This document shows, piece after piece, positions 25,793 to 32,000 of a DNA stretch of 32,000 nucleotides. Position numbers and translations under genes: made by a program. Every line of letters starts with the position of its first letter. Position 1 is the first letter of the stretch. This stretch comes from Nostoc punctiforme PCC 73102. GTDB lineage: Bacteria; Cyanobacteriota; Cyanobacteriia; Cyanobacteriales; Nostocaceae. The DNA lies in NCBI RefSeq assembly GCF_000020025.1, contig NC_010628.1:4710001-4742000 (forward strand), in the 5' to 3' direction. Below the pieces are notes generated by a model. It had not been told where the DNA came from. It was given only the letters and a program-made list of their open reading frames with translations, and did not search any database.

Positions 25793-25917
25793 CAATGCAT
25801 CGGCTGCATCGTTAATGCACTGGCTTACAATCTTAATGCATCGGCTTACAATCTTAATGCATCGGCTTACAATCTTAATGCGTCGGCTGCATCGTTAATG
25901 CATCGGCTTACATTGTT
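25793..25917. repeat. Tandem array of six 20-21-bp units, most carrying an ATGCAT palindrome
   Basis: Units of TAATGCATCGGCTTACAATCT (21 bp) alternate with TAATGC(A/G)TCGGCTGCATCGT (20 bp). Unit starts are near 25793, 25814, 25835, 25856, 25877 and 25897. The array lies between the mutS stop (25937) and the downstream membrane-protein gene. Confidence 0.9.
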
Positions 25918-25936
25918 AAGGAAATGCGGTGAGATA

Positions 25937-28615
25937 TCAATCCAGATTTTGCAGCCCCATCGCAATCTTACTATGTTTCTCAATTTGCCCCATCACTTGT
26001 TTGGCTCGTTGAATCACCACTGCTGGTAAACCCGCTAATCTTCCCGCTTCAATACCGTAAGACTTATCTGCGCCTCCTGGTTGGACTTGGTGTAAAAAGA
26101 TAATTTGGTCGGGTAATTCTTTCACTGTCACTTGATAATTAGCCACATTCGGTACAATGCTAGCTAGCTCATTCAATTCATGGTAATGAGTCGCAAAAAT
26201 CGTTCGCGCCCGAATATCCACTGCGATATATTCCGCCACTGCCCAAGCGATGGAAAGCCCATCAAATGTTGCTGTTCCCCGGCCAATTTCATCTAATAAT
26301 ACCAGCGACCTAGATGTAGCATGGTTGAGAATATTCGCCGTTTCATTCATTTCCACCATGAAGGTAGATTGACCAGTTGCTAAATCGTCTACTGCACCTA
26401 CACGGGTAAAAATGCGATCGCATATTCCCAATTTGGCCAATCTAGCTGGTACAAAACTACCAATCTGCGCCATTAACTGAATCAATCCCACCTGACGCAA
26501 ATAACAACTTTTGCCGCTAGCATTTGGCCCGGTGAGGATAATCAAATCGGGATTGTCATTGGTCATTTGTCCTTGGTCACTTGTACTGAGCGTAGTCGTT
26601 GGCGCAGCCTCTCGTAGAGAAGTATTTGTTATTTGTTCTTGATTATCTGCTAATGACAGATGACTACTGACTAATGACTCTTGACCTAATTGAGTCGAAT
26701 TCGGCACAAAGAAACCCGCAGGTAAAGACTGTTCCACCACCGGATGACGGCCATCAACAATGTTTATTTCCCTTCCCGACAACATTTCTGGACGACAGTA
26801 ACCTTGATGCACTGCCAACTCAGCCAAACCACACAATACATCTGCCGCCGCCACTGCACGAGATAGATTGCGAATTACTTCCGCTTCTTGTGCTACCTCT
26901 TCCCGCAACGCCGTAAAAATTTCATATTCCAACTGATTTAAATCATCCCGCGCCGAGAGAATCCGGGCTTCTCGTTCCTTCAAATCTGGGGTGATATAAC
27001 GTTCCTCATTGGTCAGGGTTTGCTTGCGGATGTAATTAGCAGGTACTTGGTCAGCTTTGGTACGAGAAATACTGATGTAATAGCCAAAAGTTTTGTTGAA
27101 TCCTACCTTTAATGTCGAAATTCCCGTCTTAGCCCTCTCATCAACTTCTAAGTTGGCAATCCATTGCTGGTCTGCTTCTACAGTTGCTTTTCTCTCATCC
27201 AAAAGAGGATTGACGCTAGGACGAATTAATCCGCCTTCTTTGATTAGTATGGGTGGCGACTCCACAAGGTGCGCGTGTAACTTTTGTGCTAATTCTTCCA
27301 ACACACTTGGGACTTTCTGCAGAGCTTTGAGGAATGGAGAATGTGATTCAGTTACTAAGTGCGATAATTCTGGTAAACGTGAGAGGGAATCTGCCAAAGC
27401 TACTAAATCTCTAGCATTGGCTGTACCAGAACCTGCCCTTCCAGTGAGGCGTTCTAGGTCATAAATTTGGCGTAACAACTGCCGTAAATCTTGACGCAGG
27501 GGTGTATTTTCCATCAATTCTTGGATAGTATCTTGCCGCGCCCGAATGCCTTTAATATCGAGTAGTGGTTGCAATAACCACCGCCGTAAAGCCCGCCCAC
27601 CCATAGCTGTACTAGTTCTATCCAATGACCAGAGTAGGGAACCATGAAAAGTTCCATCCCGGACGGTTTGGGTAATTTCCAGGTTACGGCGGGTTTGACT
27701 ATCAACAATTAGGTAATCGGTGACAGTGTAGGTGCGGAGTCTCTGAAGGGGAACTGGGTTTTCCTTTTGGGTATCTTCCAGGTATTCTAAAAGACCGCCA
27801 GCCGCACGAACAGCGAGGGGAAAACGATCGCAACCGAGTCCTTCGAGCGATCGCACCTTAAATTTCTGCAATAATCGAGGTCTAGCTTCGCCTTGAGAAA
27901 ATGGAACTTGCGATCGCAAACTATAGCAAAATGATGGTGGCAAACACTCCGGTAGATGAGGCGAAGTTTCTCCCGGACGCAGCAAACTACCTAAATCAGG
28001 CGCATTTGTTGGAACTAACACCTCTGAAGGTTGCAAGCGCATTAATTCCTGTGTCAGATGTTCTAAATCACTACCTTGAGTCGTGAGAAATTCGCCTGTA
28101 GAGATGTCTGCATAAGCTAAACCCCAATGATTTGCGGCAATTACCACTGCTGCAAGGTAATTATTGCGACTGGATTTCAGCATTCCTTCTTCCAGCAAAG
28201 TGCCTGGGGTAAGAATGCGCGTTACTTCCCGCCGCACCAATCTACCAGCAGCTTCCGAAGCATCTTCTACTTGGTCGCAAATTACGACTGCATAACCCTT
28301 TTCTACTAGCAGCGTCGCGTAGCGTTCCCAAGCGTGATGCGGAACACCAGACATCGCCACCCGTCCCTGTTCGCCAGCTTGTTTACTAGTGAGAACTAAT
28401 TCCAATTCTTGCGCTAGTTTTACAGCATCTTGGAAATAGCATTCAAAGAAATCTCCTACCCGATACAGCAATACCGCGTGAGGATATTTATCCTTCGTCT
28501 CGACATAGTGCAAGTACATTTGACTTAGCTTACTTCGATCCACCTGTAGATGGTCAGAAATAAAAGTACTCGCGTCGGGTTTGGTAGATGGAGTTTCAGA
28601 GTGAGAGGCGGTCAT
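25937..28615 (-). CDS. mutS: DNA mismatch repair protein MutS
   Basis: The ORF has canonical MutS blocks ([16 protein letters not shown], Walker [11 protein letters not shown], Walker [18 protein letters not shown]). I place the start at the ATG at 28615 (MTASHSE...) rather than the GTG at 28636. Confidence 0.95.
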   Translation of the reverse strand: MTASHSETPSTKPDASTFISDHLQVDRSKLSQMYLHYVETKDKYPHAVLLYRVGDFFECYFQDAVKLAQELELVLTSKQAGEQGRVAMSGVPHHAWERYATLLVEKGYAVVICDQVEDASEAAGRLVRREVTRILTPGTLLEEGMLKSSRNNYLAAVVIAANHWGLAYADISTGEFLTTQGSDLEHLTQELMRLQPSEVLVPTNAPDLGSLLRPGETSPHLPECLPPSFCYSLRSQVPFSQGEARPRLLQKFKVRSLEGLGCDRFPLAVRAAGGLLEYLEDTQKENPVPLQRLRTYTVTDYLIVDSQTRRNLEITQTVRDGTFHGSLLWSLDRTSTAMGGRALRRWLLQPLLDIKGIRARQDTIQELMENTPLRQDLRQLLRQIYDLERLTGRAGSGTANARDLVALADSLSRLPELSHLVTESHSPFLKALQKVPSVLEELAQKLHAHLVESPPILIKEGGLIRPSVNPLLDERKATVEADQQWIANLEVDERAKTGISTLKVGFNKTFGYYISISRTKADQVPANYIRKQTLTNEERYITPDLKEREARILSARDDLNQLEYEIFTALREEVAQEAEVIRNLSRAVAAADVLCGLAELAVHQGYCRPEMLSGREINIVDGRHPVVEQSLPAGFFVPNSTQLGQESLVSSHLSLADNQEQITNTSLREAAPTTTLSTSDQGQMTNDNPDLIILTGPNASGKSCYLRQVGLIQLMAQIGSFVPARLAKLGICDRIFTRVGAVDDLATGQSTFMVEMNETANILNHATSRSLVLLDEIGRGTATFDGLSIAWAVAEYIAVDIRARTIFATHYHELNELASIVPNVANYQVTVKELPDQIIFLHQVQPGGADKSYGIEAGRLAGLPAVVIQRAKQVMGQIEKHSKIAMGLQNLD
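26555..26677. repeat. MITE-like composite repeat of about 123 nt inserted in frame in mutS, just upstream of Walker A
   Basis: It encodes [41 protein letters not shown], between [11 protein letters not shown] and [16 protein letters not shown]. The ends are imperfect inverted heptamer-type repeats (GTCATTAGTCAGTAGTCATCTGTCATTAG versus GTCATTGGTCATTTGTCCTTGGTCAC). The core resembles the dispersed TCTACGA..GCC..ACGC repeat. Confidence 0.65.
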
Positions 28616-29020
28616 AGATGCTATCGAGTTACGCACGGAAATTCCACAATATCCGATGATAACGTGATGTGAAAGTTGAATGGCGATCGCTCAAGGATAT
28701 TTTACCTTTTTGGTGCGATCGCTTCGACGCGTATGAAAGCTACATAGATATTGTAGTGCTTTGTAGCTGCCAAATAAGACCAAATCGCTGATTAAGAATT
28801 TATAAATCAGCCTTTTGATATAAGCTATGTTTCTTCTTATATGCTGTTTCTAAGTAACTTGTACATAATTTTGTCTATAGATTTACCGCCTTACACAACA
28901 ACTCAAAATAGATCAAAAAAATTAGCAAAATCTTATATAAAACATCCCCTTTTGATAGTAAATTATTATATTATTGTCAGATATTGGATATGTAAAAACA
29001 TTAAGAAGACAAGTTAAAAA

Positions 29021-29146
29021 AAGTAGGTTTTAAAAAGCAAGAAAAGTGGGAAAAATAGGTTTTAAAAAGTAGAAAAGTAGGTTAAGTAATAAAAGTAGGA
29101 ACTTTTGTATAAACTGTTGACAAGCTTTTAGATAAATTGCTATTTA
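29021..29146 (+). promoter_or_regulatory. Direct-repeat array (AAGTAGG-type) plus a possible sigma70-type promoter upstream of the small peptide gene
   Basis: AAGTAGGTTTTAAAAAG (29021-29037), AAGTGGG (29044), AAATAGGTTTTAAAAAG (29053-29069), AAGTAGGTTAAG (29075) and AAGTAGGAAC (29093). These are followed by TTGACA (29117-29122), an 18-nt spacer, and a weak -10 TATTTA (29141-29146). The promoter call is tentative. Confidence 0.35.
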
Positions 29147-29194
29147 TAAGTATATACAAGGCACAACTGCCTAAGTAACTTTCTGGAGAAAATT

Positions 29195-29293
29195 ATGGCT
29201 AACGATAAGAATTTGGCACAACTCACCAATCAAGAAGCTATTTTGGAGGAAATTAATGAGGATGAATTAGAAGGAGTATCACGAGTTCTGTAA
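29195..29293 (+). CDS. 32-aa peptide resembling a double-glycine-type bacteriocin leader but lacking the GG site and core
   Basis: MANDKNLAQLTNQEAILEEINEDELEGVSRVL. GGAG lies 6-7 nt upstream of the ATG. The acidic L..EE..EE(L/I)..EELE.V pattern matches leaders processed by C39-peptidase ABC exporters. It sits immediately upstream of the HlyD/ABC genes. It is not in the ORF track because it is under 60 aa. Confidence 0.45.
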   Translation: MANDKNLAQLTNQEAILEEINEDELEGVSRVL

Positions 29294-29676
29294 GCTCTGT
29301 TTTATACTAGGGTGTATAAATGTACAAGAGATTGATTATTTACGTTTAAGTAAAAGTTTTTTCCCTAAACCTTTAGACCATTTTTTAAATGCTGTAAAAA
29401 CTTGGCTGCATTTCTCCTGAATTTATAAGCAAAGGCTTCTTCGCTGAGAATTAAAATCATAATCTAAAACAATCAAAATTTTAAAGATATTTAATTTCTA
29501 GTTTTCTGAATTTTCATAAGATGAGATGATATTTGAACTTCTATATTTGGGTATTAGTACTGTCAAATAAGCAACCATTGTATTGCATATTTTCTATTTA
29601 GGTTGCAACTCCCAGTGATTGCAGCAGCAGTATTGTAATCACTCAAAACTGTTTTTTGTTTTCATTCCCATAGAGA

Positions 29677-31270
29677 TTGGGACGGTATTCGGTGATTAAT
29701 CAAAAAAGCGACCTATTCCGCAAAGAAGCTTTAGAGCGCGCTTCTTCGCCTGAAGAACTAGATCAAATTATGCAAGTAGTCAGCCCGAAAAAGTGGCTAC
29801 CTCTAGTTGCTGGTGGTTCGTTGGTGGCAACGGGGCTGACTTGGAGTTTTTTAGGTCGAATCCCAATTACAGTGACGGGTACTGGAATAATAGTCTATCC
29901 CAGTACAATTACCTCATTCCAGTCACCGATCGCAGGTAAATTACGAACAATCAACGTCCGGGCTGGCGACTATGTAAATAGAGGAGATGTGCTGGCGACG
30001 CTAGACCAAGGCGAACTGATGAAACAGCTACAACTAGTCCGCTCTAAGTTAGGGCAACTACCAACAGAAGATAGCGCTGCTAGCTTAGTCCAAGGACAAC
30101 GGCAAAACGCAGACAAAGAAGCGATTAAACAGCAACGCCAATCTTTGCAGCAAAACCTCCAAGCGGTACAGAAACTCACCCCGATTTTAAGAGAGAAAGG
30201 GCTAAATTCGATTCAACGCGATCGCGCCAATCAAACCCAAAGCTTACAAGCACTGCGGGATCTCTTACCTACCTTCAAACAGAGATTGACCAACCGCCAG
30301 CAGCTATTGCAGGAGGGAGCAATTTCTGGCGATACAGTCCTACAGTCACAGCAAGACTACTTAAATGCTGTGACCCAAATTAATGAAGCCGAATCGCAAC
30401 TCAAGCAACTGGATGTCAAGGAAGCAGATGCCCAACGACAATACCTAGAAAATTTGAACTCAATAAAAGATTTACAAGCGCAATTAAAACAACTAGATAG
30501 CAAAGAAGCGACCGCGGCGCAACAAGACTTAGAAACTGTAACTACCCGCAAAAAAGAAATTCAGGAAGTCCAGCGGAATATTGTTCAATTAGCACTGCAA
30601 CTATCGAGCAACAGCTTAGTCAAGAGCAGTTACTCTGGACGAATTTTAGAAATCTCGGCAAGTCCGGGACAGGTTGTTTTACAGGGTACACCAATAGGAG
30701 CGATCGCTGCACAAAAGCGATCGGCTCAACCTGTGAGTGTGGCATTTTTTCCCGTTGGCGATGGCAAGCAAATTCAACCAGGGATGAAGTTACAAGTCAC
30801 ACCTAGTACAGTACAACGCGAACGCTTTGGTGGCATCATCGGTGCTGTCACAGAAGTCTCAGCCTTTCCCGTGACTAAAGAAGGTGCATTAAGTGTAGTC
30901 GGCAATTCGGAATTTGTGGAAGCTTTGATGTCACAAGGGCCACAGATCCTAATTACTGCGCGACTGCAACCAGACAATTCGACCTTCAGCGAGTACAAAT
31001 GGTCTTCTTCCCAAGGGCCACAGACGAAAGTCACTTATGGAACTACTACCTCAGTACAAGTCACCGGATACTGTTGGCGAAAGTGTTACAAACGCATAAA
31101 CAAAAGTGTTACAACTAAAAGCTGCAACGGCAGATTGAAGGTTTGAGCTTACATAATACTTTCAAATACAAGTATGTATTACATTCGCCAACAGTATCGT
31201 CACCGTGGAAGAACGCGCCCCGATTACTTTTGTCCTGCCGATTCTGAGATCCTGGAGTGGCATTTCTTGA
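29677..31270 (+). pseudogene. HlyD-family (bacteriocin/NHLM-type) membrane-fusion secretion protein, disrupted by a MITE
   Basis: The ORF has LFRKEALERASSPEELDQIMQVVSPKKWLPL, one TM segment, a long coiled coil and a beta-barrel domain. Its reading frame leaves the homology at 31067. Removing 31067-31205 (the element plus one target copy) restores ...VQVTVEERAPITFVLPILRSWSGIS* ending at 31270 (484 aa). Confidence 0.8.
31067..31198. mobile_element. 132-bp MITE with perfect 15-bp terminal inverted repeats and a 7-bp target-site duplication
   Basis: The TIRs are GATACTGTTGGCGAA (31067-31081) and TTCGCCAACAGTATC (31184-31198). They are flanked by direct GTCACCG copies at 31060-31066 and 31199-31205. 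There is no transposase ORF. AAGTGTTACAA subrepeats occur inside. Confidence 0.9.
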
Positions 31271-31436
31271 TATTGGCGATAAGAGGAATTGAGGAAGAAA
31301 TTATTAAAAATTTTACCCATCGAATCAACCTTGACGCTGTACTAGAGTGCGGAATTTACTTAAATAAGAATGCATTTTGACGTACTGGGAAAACAATGTA
31401 TCTAATTATTTTCAGAAAACACTAAAATGAATACGC

Positions 31437-31562
31437 AATCTACTGAAATGAGAAAGTATTTAGGCAAAATGAGAAAGCAATATGTCTTTTTGCTTGCTGA
31501 ATCTACTGAAATGAGAAAGCATTTAAGCAAAATGAGAAAGCAATATACCTTTTTACTTATTA
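31437..31562. repeat. 63-bp direct duplication containing four AAATGAGAAAG boxes
   Basis: Copy 1 starts at 31437 and copy 2 at 31500 (AATCTACTGAAATGAGAAAG.ATTTA.GCAAAATGAGAAAGCAATAT...). The boxes lie at about 31445, 31467, 31508 and 31530. The duplication is 140-260 bp upstream of the ABC transporter start. Confidence 0.85.
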
Positions 31563-31702
31563 ATTTGGCTCAATCAATACAATCAAGAATTCCGAAGATA
31601 ACAGTAGTGTAATACAGCAATTTTAGTCAGTTGAAAAATAACTAAAAATTTATGTTTAAACGCTTAAATTAAGCCAAAGTCCAAGTTTTAAAAAATATTT
31701 TT

Positions 31703-32000
31703 ATGTTCTGGCGAAATCTGCAAAATATATTAGGGCGTTTGCGTAAAAACAAGCGGTGTCATACTCCTACTCTGCTGCAAATGGAGGTAGTAGAATGCGG
31801 CGCTGCTGCTTTGGGAATTATTCTCGGTTATTACAATCGCATTGTCCCACTGACAGAACTGAGGCAAGCGTGCGGTGTCTCGCGAGATGGAGTTAGTGCC
31901 TTAAATATCTTGAAGGCTGCCAGAAATTATCGACTCAGCGCTAAAAGCTTTAAAACCAACTTAGCTGGCTTGTTGCAGTTAAAATTTCCCTACATTGTAT
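31703..32000 (+). CDS. Peptidase-C39-domain ABC transporter (bacteriocin processing and export), 5' part only
   Basis: The frame is open from the ATG at 31703 to the window end. The sequence [56 protein letters not shown] contains the catalytic Cys motif (Q.E..ECG) of double-glycine peptidase domains. Confidence 0.85.
   Translation, partial: MFWRNLQNILGRLRKNKRCHTPTLLQMEVVECGAAALGIILGYYNRIVPLTELRQACGVSRDGVSALNILKAARNYRLSAKSFKTNLAGLLQLKFPYIV

Noticed and set aside
25793-25917. Tandem 20-21-bp arrays here, at 15677-15750 and at 31437-31562, considered as CRISPR arrays
   Set aside because: The units abut each other with no unique spacers, and they are shorter than CRISPR repeats. No cas genes or leader are present. 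They are simple tandem repeats.
31174-31380. 68-aa ORF downstream of the truncated HlyD ORF
   Set aside because: It is chimeric. It starts inside the MITE and reads the displaced HlyD 3' end out of frame. The genuine HlyD C-terminus (VEERAPITFVLPILRSWSGIS) lies in another frame at 31206-31270.
31427-31612. 61-aa ORF with a duplicated 21-aa unit, considered as a possible small or immunity protein
   Set aside because: It has no Shine-Dalgarno sequence, and the frame is kept open simply because the duplication is 63 bp. It is retained as a low-interest finding rather than annotated as a CDS.

Overview
This window looks like a chromosomal segment from a filamentous heterocyst-type (Nostocales-like) cyanobacterium. 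The evidence is many HIP1 octamers (GCGATCGC), heptamer STRR-type repeats, Nostoc-style small dispersed repeats, and the gene content.

The housekeeping backbone is:
- a divergent phosphoketolase/transketolase-family TPP enzyme (118-2331, -);
- two tandem cytochrome P450 paralogs, a DUF2993-like gene and a CrtO-type carotenoid ketolase (2521-8427, +);
- a TPR lipoprotein and an RmlD-like SDR reductase;
- the glycine-cleavage operon gcvT-gcvH-gcvP (15969-20773, -);
- a lumenal-type pentapeptide-repeat protein, an LpxB-related glycosyltransferase, a small membrane protein and mutS (25937-28615, -).

Two accessory regions stand out.
1. 10914-15445 is an NLR-like STAND locus. It holds two paralogous NACHT-like NTPase genes, a separately encoded linker plus WD40 sensor, and a Uma2 nuclease gene wedged between them. 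The WD40 blades are encoded by 126-bp tandem units that are almost 100 % identical and differ only at two codons. Several precise lesions are visible: a 31-nt palindromic insertion, two in-frame stops, and a -1 frameshift at an A4-TAA site.
2. 29021-32000 is a double-glycine-type peptide export locus: a 32-aa leader-like peptide, an HlyD-family adaptor and a C39-peptidase ABC transporter that runs off the window. The HlyD gene is split by a 132-bp MITE with perfect 15-bp terminal inverted repeats and a 7-bp target duplication.

Small repeat elements have also inserted in frame into mutS (next to Walker A) and into the LpxB-related gene. An NB-ARC/TPR protein (21760-23526) has lost its nucleotide-binding core. 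Several 20-21-bp phased tandem arrays sit in intergenic regions. I recognised no rRNA, tRNA or CRISPR array. All family assignments come from motif recognition by eye, not from database searches.
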